A stretch of DNA of 64,000 bases, from contig CAZPBM010000001.1 in NCBI GenBank assembly GCA_964584965.1, positions 9,841-73,840 on the forward strand, in the 5' to 3' direction. Position numbers and translations under genes: made by a program. The stretch comes from an uncultured Candidatus Bathyarchaeia archaeon. GTDB taxonomy: Archaea; Thermoproteota; Bathyarchaeia; Bathyarchaeales; DTEX01. The notes beneath the pieces were generated by a model. That model searched no databases. It was given only the letters and a program-made list of their open reading frames with translations, and was not told the DNA's origin. This document shows, piece after piece, positions 37,086 through 45,825 of the stretch (positions within the stretch are counted from its first letter, which is position 1; the number at the start of each line of letters is the position of its first letter).

Positions 37086-38237
37086 ATGTCGAATATGAAT
37101 AAGACAAAAATGCTGTTGCCTATAGTTATTCTTGTTGTTGGACTTTTTCTAATATGGTATTTTTATTATGGTGGAGCAGCTGTTCTAGAGAGAGTTCCTT
37201 TTGAGTATACTAAGCAGTTTATTTCCCTCCTTGTCATCATTGCCTGTCTCACTATTCTTTACAGGATAGGCACCTTTTTTGTAAAGTCAATTATGTTGAA
37301 GATGGGCGGAAAAGAGGGGGAGATAGGCATGATACAAGGAATCTACAAGTTCATTATCATAACTATAGGCGTTCTTAGTTTGATTTCAAGCTGGTTCTCA
37401 TTAGAAAGTTTAGGAACAATTTTCGCCGCTTTTGGAGGAATGTTTCTCGGCTGGTCTCTACAGGGTCCAATAAGCGGTCTTGCAGCATGGTTTCTTGTTT
37501 CAGTTATTAGACCCTTCAGTGTGGGAGATCGAGTTCAGCTTCCTTCATATGGTTTAGTTGGGGACATCGTAAATATTACGCCTTTATACACGATATTGAA
37601 TCAAGTTGGTGGAAGCGTAGGAAGCGAAGAACCAGCGAACAGAACAATTCTAGTTCCAAATGCTTTGCTGTTTAGTGCACTTGTCATTAACTATACGCCC
37701 AAGGATCAGGAGGAGCTCATTGAATTTTCTAAGAAAAGAAAGTTAGAAGGCAAATCGCTTGAGTCAGCATATATGCTTGATGAATTTGTCTTACGGTTGA
37801 GCTTTGACTCTGATTGGGATGAGGCTGAGAAAATTCTTCTTGAAGCTGCAGAGGAGGTTACTGCTGATGTTATTGAAAAAACAGGTCAGAAACCGTACAT
37901 TCGAGCGGACATGTCTGACTGGTACGGTGTCTACATGAGGCTCAGGTTTATGACAATAGCAACAGACAGGCCTAGGGTTATTCATGAAATCTCCAAAAGG
38001 GTGTTTAAAAAAATTCAGGAAAGTAAGAACGTGGACTTGGCTATTCCATACATCTATTCGTTTAGGAAAGGCTACCAGTGGGCACCACCATATTCGCTTT
38101 CCAATGTGGACACAATAAGGAATATAGGACTAAAGGATAACTTGATAACCTGTTCAAGTTGTGGTGCAAAAAACATGGCGGATTCAATTTACTGCAACAA
38201 ATGTGGCAACAAGCTAACTTCATCGACAGCAATGTAA
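37086..38237 (+). CDS. MscS-family mechanosensitive channel with a C-terminal zinc ribbon
   Basis: 4 TM helices and the MscS beta-domain (IRPFSVGDRVQLPSYGLVGDIVNITPLYTIL). C-terminal CSSCGAKN...YCNKCGNKL. Confidence 0.8.
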   Translation: MSNMNKTKMLLPIVILVVGLFLIWYFYYGGAAVLERVPFEYTKQFISLLVIIACLTILYRIGTFFVKSIMLKMGGKEGEIGMIQGIYKFIIITIGVLSLISSWFSLESLGTIFAAFGGMFLGWSLQGPISGLAAWFLVSVIRPFSVGDRVQLPSYGLVGDIVNITPLYTILNQVGGSVGSEEPANRTILVPNALLFSALVINYTPKDQEELIEFSKKRKLEGKSLESAYMLDEFVLRLSFDSDWDEAEKILLEAAEEVTADVIEKTGQKPYIRADMSDWYGVYMRLRFMTIATDRPRVIHEISKRVFKKIQESKNVDLAIPYIYSFRKGYQWAPPYSLSNVDTIRNIGLKDNLITCSSCGAKNMADSIYCNKCGNKLTSSTAM

Positions 38238-38445
38238 GTGCATTGCTACTAAAGGAGTTATTAACATAGCCCTTTTTTCAGTTATATCTAGTTTGTAATT
38301 TTAGAAATGTACTTGTGGATAAATTTATATTTTGGTTGACTAATGCTTTGGTTGGCGGGTTGCATGATGCGAGGTGGACTCCAAATTCGGAGCTAACTAT
38401 CAAGGACGTTTTGACCATTATCATGTAGACTCGCTAAAGAAGATG

Positions 38446-38453
38446 TTTATAAA
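38446..38453 (+). promoter_or_regulatory. TATA-box candidate (TTTATAAA) upstream of ileS
   Basis: Lies 35 nt upstream of ATG 38488, with GGAG at 38471-38474 in between. Confidence 0.4.
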
Positions 38454-38487
38454 CCCTAAAATTGTATTTTTGGAGAAGCGATGAACA

Positions 38488-41400
38488 ATGTTCAAAGAGG
38501 TCTCTCCTACTGTTAATTTCCCTGAACTTGAGCGTCAAATCCTCAAGTTTTGGGGTGAAACTAAGGCTTTCGAGAAGCTTGTCGAACTGAACAAAGGTAA
38601 ACCTCGCTGGTCTTTTATGGATGGTCCAATCACGGCGAATAATCCTATGGGTGTACACCATGCTTGGGGAAGGACATACAAGGACCTTTTCCAACGTTTC
38701 AAGGCGATGCAGAGGCATGATCTTCGCTACCAAAATGGGTTTGACTGCCAAGGTCTCTGGATTGAGGTTGAAGTTGAAAAGGAATTGGGCTTCAAATCCA
38801 AACGTGACATCGAAGCTTACGGTCTCGCCAGATTCATAAAAGACTGCAAGCAACGGGCTCTTCGTTACGCAGCGAAACAGGTTGAGCAATCCATCCGTCT
38901 AGGATATTGGATGAAATGGGACAATCCTGACGTCCTTCGTTTTCTTGCAGATTGTCTAGAGAACCCAGAACAGATAGTTGAGGTAGAAGGCGTAAACGGA
39001 AAAATCCAAGACTCAGCTGAACGACTTGTTGGAAGATTGGGGTCTCCTGAAATTGGCGGTTCATATTTTACGTTTTCAGATGAAAACAACTACACGATTT
39101 GGTCTGCCTTGAAAAAGTGTTACGAGAACAGCTGGATCTATAAGGGAAGAGACGTTATGCCTTGGTGTCCCAGATGCTCCACCGCGCTTTCCCAACACGA
39201 GATAGTTACCGAAGGATACAGGGAAATGACCCATCCTGGTGTTACGCTTAAGTTCCCGTTAAAAGGTAAAGCAGGAGAATCGTTGCTTGTTTGGACGACG
39301 ACGCCTTGGACTCTTACATCGAACGTTGCTGCAGCGGTGCATCCAAACTTTACCTATGTCAAGGTTAAACACAAAGGTGAGTACCTATATCTGGGAAAGT
39401 TTGCTCTTGGAAGAGTTTTCCTCAAGGACGATTACGAGATTGTCGAAGAACTTGAAGGCAACAGAATGGAAGGCTGGATGTACCACGGACCATACGATGA
39501 GCTTCCAGCCCAAATAAACTCGAAAGCTCCAGACTCTCACAAAGTTATTCTTTGGACTGAAGTTACAGAGGAAGAAGGAACAGGCATCGTTCACATAGCA
39601 CCTGGTTGTGGAAAAGAAGACCTTGAGCTTGGAGAAATCTACGGCTTACCTGCCTTAGCTCCACTTGACGAATTCGGCGTTTTCATAGACGGCTACGGAG
39701 CTTTCACAGGCACTCACGTCTATGATTCGGCACCAAAAGTAATCGAAAACCTAAGAGAGAAAGGTCTTCTTTTCAAGTCAGAAGACTATGTTCACCGTTA
39801 TCCTGTTTGTTGGCGTTGCAGCAGCGAACTTGTTTTCAGGCTAGTGGACGAATGGTTCATCAACATGGGTGAAAAACTAGACAAACCTTTAGAGGCAGTT
39901 ACTGAAGAAGAAAAGGCTAGAAACCTAAGATACCAAATAATGGATGTTGCTAAGCAGGTTAGATGGATACCGGAGTTTGGGCTTCAACAAGAACTTGACT
40001 GGTTGCAAAACATGGAAGACTGGATGATTTCCAAAAAAAGATACTGGGGTCTTGCCTTGCCCATCTGGGTTTGCCAGAAATGTGGAATCTTCGAGGTCAT
40101 AGGCAGCAAAGAGGAGCTTAAGGCCCGTGCGGTTGAAGGTTGGGAGATCTTTGAGGGGCACACGCCGCATAGACCGTGGATTGATGCAGTAAAGATCAAA
40201 TGTTCCAAGTGTGGGGGGTTGTCTCAGCGTGTTCAAGATGTTGGAAATCCGTGGTTGGACGCCGGCATCGTTTCATATTCTACGCTGAACTACCGTAGTG
40301 ACCGTGCGTATTGGGAAAAATGGTTTCCCGCCAAGTTGATTTGCGAATGTCTACCTGGCCAATTCAGAAACTGGTTCTACGCGATGTTGGCAATGAGCAC
40401 GATAATGGAGAGGCGGGTTCCCTTCGAAGTCTGCTTCGGATACGGAGTGGTTCTAGGCGAAGACGGGCGTGAAATGCACAAGTCATGGGGAAACGCTATA
40501 GAGTTCGACGAGGCAGCTGAGAACATTGGCGCAGACGTAATGCGTTGGATGTACTGCACCAAGAAACCTGAAACCAATCTGCTCTTCGGATATGGGAAAG
40601 CAGAGGAAATCAAACGTCAATTCCTTATTCCCCTATGGAATGTTTACAGCTTCTTCACTACATATGCAAACCTTGACAAATGGACTCCAGAAAACGCCGT
40701 TAAAAAAGAAACACTGACTCTTTTGGACCTTTGGATCTTGTCTAAACTTAATAAGTTAGTCATGACTGTGAAGGAGCGTCTAGAAGACTTTGATCCTTAC
40801 AATGCATCGCTAAGCATTGAAAAATTCGTAGAGGAACTGTCCACATGGTATGTCAGGCGGTCAAGGCGGCGATTCTGGAAAAGCGAAAAGGACGAGGACA
40901 AGAACGCTGCGTACACAACTCTCTATACATGTTTGACAACTTTAGTTAAAATTCTTGCGCCTTTCATTCCGTTCGTCTCAGAAGAAATGTATCAAAACCT
41001 GGTTCGCAGCGTTGACCCTAAGGCTCCTGAAAGTGTACACCACAATGAATGGCCATCAGCTGACGAAAAAGCAATCGACGACGAGATAATGAAGGGAATG
41101 AATTTAACCATAAAAGTCTGCAGCCTCGGCCGGTCAGCAAGGAGCAAAGCAGGAATAAAGCTTAGGCAACCTCTTTCAACTGCAAAAATATATGCTGATA
41201 AGTCCGTGGTAAAGCAAATTAAAAGATTTAAAGACATTATCGTTGATGAGCTTAACGTGAAAAAGATGTCCTTCGCAAAACAAAAGGACGAACTGATTGA
41301 GTACTCAATTAAACCGCTTCCCCAAGTCTTAGGAAAAAAGTACGGAAAGCTCTATCCAAAAATAAAAGAGGAATTGGAAAAACTTGATGCAGAGACGATT

Positions 41401-41835
41401 GCAAAAAATCTTGACAAAGGGAAAAGCGTGCAACTTAGGATTGACAAGCAGGCTGTGGAGATACTTCCAGAAGAGGTTGAAGTAACCGTTAATCCAAAAA
41501 CGGGGTATTCGCTATCCGAAGAGGAAGGCATAGTGGTTGCCGTTGAAACCGTGTTGCCGTCTGACCTTAAAGAGGAAGGGTTAGCACGAGACATTGTTCG
41601 CCGAATACAGAACCAACGGAAAGAAGCAGGCTTCAACATCGCAGACCAGATTATAACCCATTACGAAGCTGAACCGTCGCTTGCAAAAGTCTTCAGAAAC
41701 TATGAAGAATACATAGCCACAGAAACACTGTCAGTTTCTCTAAATGAAGGACACATACCAGGTGATGCCCACAAGTCAACATACAAGATCGGCGGCTTAA
41801 CAGTTACCATTGGCTTGAAAAAGGTAAACACCTAA
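38488..41835 (+). CDS. ileS: Isoleucyl-tRNA synthetase-like class Ia aaRS (atypical signature motifs)
   Basis: NFPELERQILKFW..., CP1 editing domain (VWTTTPWTLTSN, GTGIVHIAPGCGKED), Zn knuckles (CWRC, CQKCG, CSKCGG), and anticodon-binding and C-terminal domains. HIGH reads GVHH and KMSKS reads EMHKS (see findings). Confidence 0.75.
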   Translation: MFKEVSPTVNFPELERQILKFWGETKAFEKLVELNKGKPRWSFMDGPITANNPMGVHHAWGRTYKDLFQRFKAMQRHDLRYQNGFDCQGLWIEVEVEKELGFKSKRDIEAYGLARFIKDCKQRALRYAAKQVEQSIRLGYWMKWDNPDVLRFLADCLENPEQIVEVEGVNGKIQDSAERLVGRLGSPEIGGSYFTFSDENNYTIWSALKKCYENSWIYKGRDVMPWCPRCSTALSQHEIVTEGYREMTHPGVTLKFPLKGKAGESLLVWTTTPWTLTSNVAAAVHPNFTYVKVKHKGEYLYLGKFALGRVFLKDDYEIVEELEGNRMEGWMYHGPYDELPAQINSKAPDSHKVILWTEVTEEEGTGIVHIAPGCGKEDLELGEIYGLPALAPLDEFGVFIDGYGAFTGTHVYDSAPKVIENLREKGLLFKSEDYVHRYPVCWRCSSELVFRLVDEWFINMGEKLDKPLEAVTEEEKARNLRYQIMDVAKQVRWIPEFGLQQELDWLQNMEDWMISKKRYWGLALPIWVCQKCGIFEVIGSKEELKARAVEGWEIFEGHTPHRPWIDAVKIKCSKCGGLSQRVQDVGNPWLDAGIVSYSTLNYRSDRAYWEKWFPAKLICECLPGQFRNWFYAMLAMSTIMERRVPFEVCFGYGVVLGEDGREMHKSWGNAIEFDEAAENIGADVMRWMYCTKKPETNLLFGYGKAEEIKRQFLIPLWNVYSFFTTYANLDKWTPENAVKKETLTLLDLWILSKLNKLVMTVKERLEDFDPYNASLSIEKFVEELSTWYVRRSRRRFWKSEKDEDKNAAYTTLYTCLTTLVKILAPFIPFVSEEMYQNLVRSVDPKAPESVHHNEWPSADEKAIDDEIMKGMNLTIKVCSLGRSARSKAGIKLRQPLSTAKIYADKSVVKQIKRFKDIIVDELNVKKMSFAKQKDELIEYSIKPLPQVLGKKYGKLYPKIKEELEKLDAETIAKNLDKGKSVQLRIDKQAVEILPEEVEVTVNPKTGYSLSEEEGIVVAVETVLPSDLKEEGLARDIVRRIQNQRKEAGFNIADQIITHYEAEPSLAKVFRNYEEYIATETLSVSLNEGHIPGDAHKSTYKIGGLTVTIGLKKVNT

Positions 41836-41853
41836 AAACCTTAACTGTGGCTT

Positions 41854-42321
41854 CTATTGCGTCGAAATTTTGGCAACCGTAGCGCCATTAAGCCTAACTA
41901 TATCCGCGGTTTTCAATTCAACAAGCCTGTCTCTGGAGCCGCCTCCGCAGAAAATTGTTTCGAACCTTAAAAGTTCCTCGTCGACAATGATCCGCATATT
42001 TGTCTTATGTCCCACTGAGGGTGTTCCACCTGGCGGGTATCCGCTGATTTCTTCTGCCTTAGCAAACGGAACTAGCTGAACATTTTTCACTTTTAACGCA
42101 ACAGCAGCTGCTTTAAGGTCAACTTTCCTGTTGCCTGGCACAATTAGAAGCACATGCTCACCTTGGTTTGTTTCTGAGACCAAATTTTTCGTAAGCCTAT
42201 GAAGTTCTACTCCTGCAGCTTTAGCTGCGTCAGAAGTGTGGACAGTTTCAGTTTTTTTAATGAATTTATGCCAGATCCCGTTGCTTTGAAGATACTTCTC
42301 GAGGTTAGTTGCGAGGCTCAT
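41854..42321 (-). CDS. YbaK/ProX-family aminoacyl-tRNA trans-editing deacylase
   Basis: 155 aa, ...HVLLIVPGNRKVDLKA...GYPPGGTPSVGH...IFCGGGS, typical of the YbaK/EbsC fold. Confidence 0.75.
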   Translation of the reverse strand: MSLATNLEKYLQSNGIWHKFIKKTETVHTSDAAKAAGVELHRLTKNLVSETNQGEHVLLIVPGNRKVDLKAAAVALKVKNVQLVPFAKAEEISGYPPGGTPSVGHKTNMRIIVDEELLRFETIFCGGGSRDRLVELKTADIVRLNGATVAKISTQ

Positions 42322-42347
42322 TTTTTGTTCAACTTTTGATGTCTATT

Positions 42348-43172
42348 CTATATATTAATTTTTTCTCCTTTTTGGTCAAGTTTTGTTTTTCCAAGCTCGT
42401 CTTCAACCTCTTTAAGCTGGACTTGATTAAAAACCGGGCCGTCCCTGCAGACACGATATTTCCCTATAACGCAGCTTCCGCAGATTCCAATTGCACAGTA
42501 CATGAAACGTTCAAGGCTGGCTTGCATAGGCGTCTCATATTTTTCTGCTAACTTGAAAATCTTAGTTGTCATAGCTTCATTTCCACAAGCATAAATAATG
42601 TCGAAATGTTCTGTAGAAAGTAGCTTTTCAGCAACATCAGTAACGAGGCCTTTGATTCCATAGCTTCCATCATCTGTTGCGAAAATTGCCTTAAAACTGT
42701 TTTTCTTTTGTAATCTGGCTAATTGGTCAACGAAGAGAAGTTCACTTCGAGTTTTGGCTCCCTCGACGACAACCGTTTTCACCTTTTCTCCGACGAGTTT
42801 AGATGCTAACAGCATTAAAGGCGCGGTTCCGACTCCCCCGCCAACAAGGAGGGTTGTTTTTCCAAGAATTTTGAAATAGGTTCCAAAGGGTCCTCTAACA
42901 CCAATTAGTTCACCTTCTTTCATTCTGTTAAGAGTTCGAGTTGCCTCCCCAACTTCTTTGACTGTTACGGAGACTAAGCTACTGTTGACTGATGAGATGC
43001 TTAGAGGAATCTCGTCGACGCTTGGAATCCAAACCATGACGAACTGTCCTGGCTTCGCACTTGCGCAAAGCCTGTCTCTGAAATAAATTGTCTTAACTGA
43101 ATCGGTTTCTGTAACAACCTTTCGTATGCTTGTTGTTCTTATCTGGTTAGCATCTATGTGCCATCCCGACAA
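42348..43172 (-). CDS. pyrK: Dihydroorotate dehydrogenase (class 1B) electron-transfer subunit
   Basis: FAD/NAD ferredoxin-reductase fold (GGGVGTAPL) and a C-terminal 2Fe-2S CAIGICGSCV...CRDGPVF. Confidence 0.88.
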   Translation of the reverse strand: MSGWHIDANQIRTTSIRKVVTETDSVKTIYFRDRLCASAKPGQFVMVWIPSVDEIPLSISSVNSSLVSVTVKEVGEATRTLNRMKEGELIGVRGPFGTYFKILGKTTLLVGGGVGTAPLMLLASKLVGEKVKTVVVEGAKTRSELLFVDQLARLQKKNSFKAIFATDDGSYGIKGLVTDVAEKLLSTEHFDIIYACGNEAMTTKIFKLAEKYETPMQASLERFMYCAIGICGSCVIGKYRVCRDGPVFNQVQLKEVEDELGKTKLDQKGEKINI

Positions 43173-44067
43173 TTTCGTTCACGCTCTTGATGTTTTTCTT
43201 CTCGAGATACTTGCGTATGCCGTCTGTAATGGACTTAAAGACAGCCAAGTCTTCAAAGGCGATTGCGCTTCCCACTTGAATTGCTGAGGCGCCTGCTAGC
43301 ATGAACTCCACGGCGTCTTTCCATGTTCTGATGCCGCCGCACCCTATTATTGGCACTTTTACCGCCTCGAAAATTTCGTACACGCATCTTACGGCTACTG
43401 GCTTCACGGCGCCTCCGGAAAGCCCGCCTATCTTGTTCGATAGTACGGGACGTGCAGTTTCAACGTCTATCACCATAGCCCTAACCGTGTTAATTGCTGT
43501 GATGCCGTCCACGCCGCACGAAACAGCAGCCTCAGCTAGGCAGACAATGTCGGAAACATTAGGACTTAACTTGGCGAACACTGGAACCTTAACTTGAGCC
43601 TTCACTTCCCTGACAATTTCCTTGATTTTCTCAGGACTTTGGCCAATCTCATCTCCGACGCCCCTTACGTGCGGGCAGGAGAGGTTCAATTCAACCGCGT
43701 CAACCCCAGATTCCTCCCCAACTTTTGCAACCGCTCCGTACTCTTTAGCCGAGTAGCCGTAGACGCTGAGGATCAACGGAACCTCTAGGTTGCTTAGTTC
43801 CCTCATCTCCTCGGAGAATTTGTGGATTCCTGGGTTTGGCAATCCTAAGGCGTTAAGCAGTCCGCATTCGAGTTGGATGACCGTTGGGTTCGCGTATCCT
43901 TCGCGCGGTTTAAGCCCAACAGATTTTGTGGTAACTGCGCCTGCTCCCGCATGCGCCACTTCTTCGAGGCTTTTGGATGTGATGCCGAGGATTCCAGAAG
44001 CAAGGATTGTGGGGTTACGGAGGTCTAACTCAGCTAACTTTACTTCGAGATTTTCAGCATTAAACAT
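43147..44067 (-). CDS. pyrD: Dihydroorotate dehydrogenase catalytic subunit (class 1B)
   Basis: NPTILASG, TKSV, ELNLSCPH, NTV, GGLSGGAVKPVA and GCGGI. Confidence 0.92.
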   Translation of the reverse strand: MFNAENLEVKLAELDLRNPTILASGILGITSKSLEEVAHAGAGAVTTKSVGLKPREGYANPTVIQLECGLLNALGLPNPGIHKFSEEMRELSNLEVPLILSVYGYSAKEYGAVAKVGEESGVDAVELNLSCPHVRGVGDEIGQSPEKIKEIVREVKAQVKVPVFAKLSPNVSDIVCLAEAAVSCGVDGITAINTVRAMVIDVETARPVLSNKIGGLSGGAVKPVAVRCVYEIFEAVKVPIIGCGGIRTWKDAVEFMLAGASAIQVGSAIAFEDLAVFKSITDGIRKYLEKKNIKSVNEIVGMAHRC

Positions 44068-44312
44068 GACCTTTCAATAAAACCTTGACCTTAAAGTATA
44101 TTAAACTATTTAATGCGGGTACGAATTTATCTTTCATGAAAAGTTGCTTGATACTATTTAAATTACGGGCATGTGAGGACTCATGTGCAAATAACCAATT
44201 GTTCGGTGGCCTATAAGATTTTTCTTCAAAGAACCGATATAAAAATATAAATTTTAAATGTGTTTTATGAATATGAAAGAATACGTTCAAACTTCTTTGG
44301 TGCGCAAAGAAC

Positions 44313-45110
44313 TTGTGTGCGACGCAAACAAAAAGAGAGATGCCTATTAAGGATTTAGTCAACATTATCTGGTTGTGCCTGTTAGTTTTTGCAACGGCGG
44401 CTTACTGGTTTTATAATCCTTCTCTATTATCGGAATTAGCTGACATCATCGGTAATGCGGTCTCTGGAGGCTTGGTCTTATTTTCGGATTTGACGGCGAA
44501 TTTTGTGTTATTATTAATTTTCTTGTTGGCTCTGCGATTTTTTATGTTTTTGATTGCTGAGGTTGTCAAGAAGCAGATGCCAAAGGCAATTGGAAACCTA
44601 GCTGGCTGTTTAATATCAGCAGTCTTTATTTTTTTGTTTAATTCTTGGGTGCACGTTACTCTTTCAGCTTATTATGTACTAAGCATACTACTTTTCCTTT
44701 TTGGACTATACGAGGTTTCTAAGGGCATTTGTAATGGCTTGTTTAGAGAGAACCAGACGAACATCTTGAAGGGCGACTGGAAAACACTTCTGCTGGGCGT
44801 GAGAATAATGTTGTTGTCTGTGATTTTTACTGAAAGCGACTTCCTTGTTTTTAGGGACTTTGTGTACCTCATACCTGGATTGATCAGTATGCCGCTGATT
44901 GAAGGTGAGTTCATACCTGACTTCAGTGCTTTCATGCTCATCGTTTTGTTCGTGTACATATTGACCGCAGTCCCTTCAAGACTTATCTTTGTCAAATGTA
45001 AAAGATGCAAAATGGTGTTCCTAGAAATAGGTGTTCCAGAATCAAGCTGGGACTCTGAACACACGTCTAAACATAGACATTGCCCAAGATGCGGCGCAGC
45101 ATGTTTCTGA
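44313..45110 (+). CDS. Polytopic membrane protein with a C-terminal zinc ribbon (hypothetical)
   Basis: At least 6 hydrophobic helices. C-terminal CKRCK...HCPRCG. The start may be ATG 44340. Confidence 0.5.
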   Translation: MCATQTKREMPIKDLVNIIWLCLLVFATAAYWFYNPSLLSELADIIGNAVSGGLVLFSDLTANFVLLLIFLLALRFFMFLIAEVVKKQMPKAIGNLAGCLISAVFIFLFNSWVHVTLSAYYVLSILLFLFGLYEVSKGICNGLFRENQTNILKGDWKTLLLGVRIMLLSVIFTESDFLVFRDFVYLIPGLISMPLIEGEFIPDFSAFMLIVLFVYILTAVPSRLIFVKCKRCKMVFLEIGVPESSWDSEHTSKHRHCPRCGAACF

Positions 45111-45297
45111 ATTGACGATTCTGTAATCTGGAGAAGAAATCATACGGCTCATTCGTACCTGCAAGAAAGATCAGTAATACATATGGATTGTTATAATTCA
45201 GAGATGCAACAACCTAATTAGATGTAATTATGATGCTGTGCAGGATACTTAACAGTGCACTTTGTAGAAAAAAGATGGTGTTCCAGTTTTAACTGGC

Positions 45298-45673
45298 TTA
45301 TTTGATTCCCATTTTCACCGTTATTTTCACTATGAGGAAGATTACGAATGTTACTATGAGGAATGTTATTAACGTCCCTATGAAGTGTCCGATTCTGAAC
45401 GGTCCAACTGTCATGAGTTCCCATTCTACGCCTGGCATCATTAGGGCTATTACGGGCATAATTAGGTCTGAAACAAGGGCGTTGACTAATCCACCCACAT
45501 AGACACCCATGATGAAGGCTACAGCCATTCCCATAACCTTGTATGTCCCTATAAATGCCTAAAATTCCTCGATTATTCCTTTTGGTTGAGGAGCAGGAGG
45601 AGAAGGCTTAGGCTCAAGTAGTTCCCTATTTTTTTAATTCTTCTAAAATTTCTGTTTGTTTATCATTTGGCAT
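45298..45673 (-). pseudogene. mscL: Large-conductance mechanosensitive channel MscL, disrupted (frameshift at an A7 run plus an in-frame TAG)
   Basis: ATG 45673 (SD AAGGTG 9 nt upstream) gives MPNDKQTEILEELKK*. The next frame continues (K)NRELLEPKPSPPAPQPKGIIEEF-TAG-AFIGTYKVMGMAVAFIMGVYVGGLVNALVSDLIMPVI..., which is the MscL S1 helix, TM1 and TM2. Confidence 0.7.
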
Positions 45674-45825
45674 CGTGCCTTACACCTTGTTACTTGTATG
45701 ACACACGTAGTTTAATAAGGTTCTGTGGCTGCTCTTCTAGGTTTTAATCAATAACTTTGTTAAGATCGCATGCTTTCTCTATGGAAAAGGTTATTCGTAA
45801 GGTGTAAACATAAAGGGTAAGAGAT

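Noticed and set aside
38350-38435. GC-richer segment upstream of ileS with AUGAUGC and a CUCC/GGAG hairpin (tRNA fragment, C/D sRNA or leader element?)
   Set aside because: It has no cloverleaf, no D box and no terminal stem in the right register. T-box-type leaders are bacterial. It remains unexplained, but nothing supports a call.
38481-38516. Out-of-frame ATG at 38481, better spaced from GGAG than the ileS ATG at 38488 (another terminal frameshift?)
   Set aside because: The ATG at 38488 gives a family-typical N-terminus (MFKEVSPTVNFPELE..) without any correction, so there is no positive evidence for a lesion.
38434-38889. 151-aa minus-strand ORF overlapping the ileS 5' end and its promoter
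   Set aside because: It is antisense to conserved IleRS sequence and would run through the TATA/SD region of ileS.
44060-44365. 101-aa minus-strand ORF in the pyrD to membrane-protein spacer
   Set aside because: It overlaps the pyrD start and the start of the downstream gene, and has no SD or recognisable motif.
45559-45561. Pyrrolysine or genome-wide TAG reassignment as the explanation for the in-frame TAG in mscL
   Set aside because: TAG terminates clearly complete genes in this window (pfkA, the DUF4038-like gene, the SSB-like gene). No pyl genes are visible, and the same gene also carries a frameshift. A local lesion or error is more economical.
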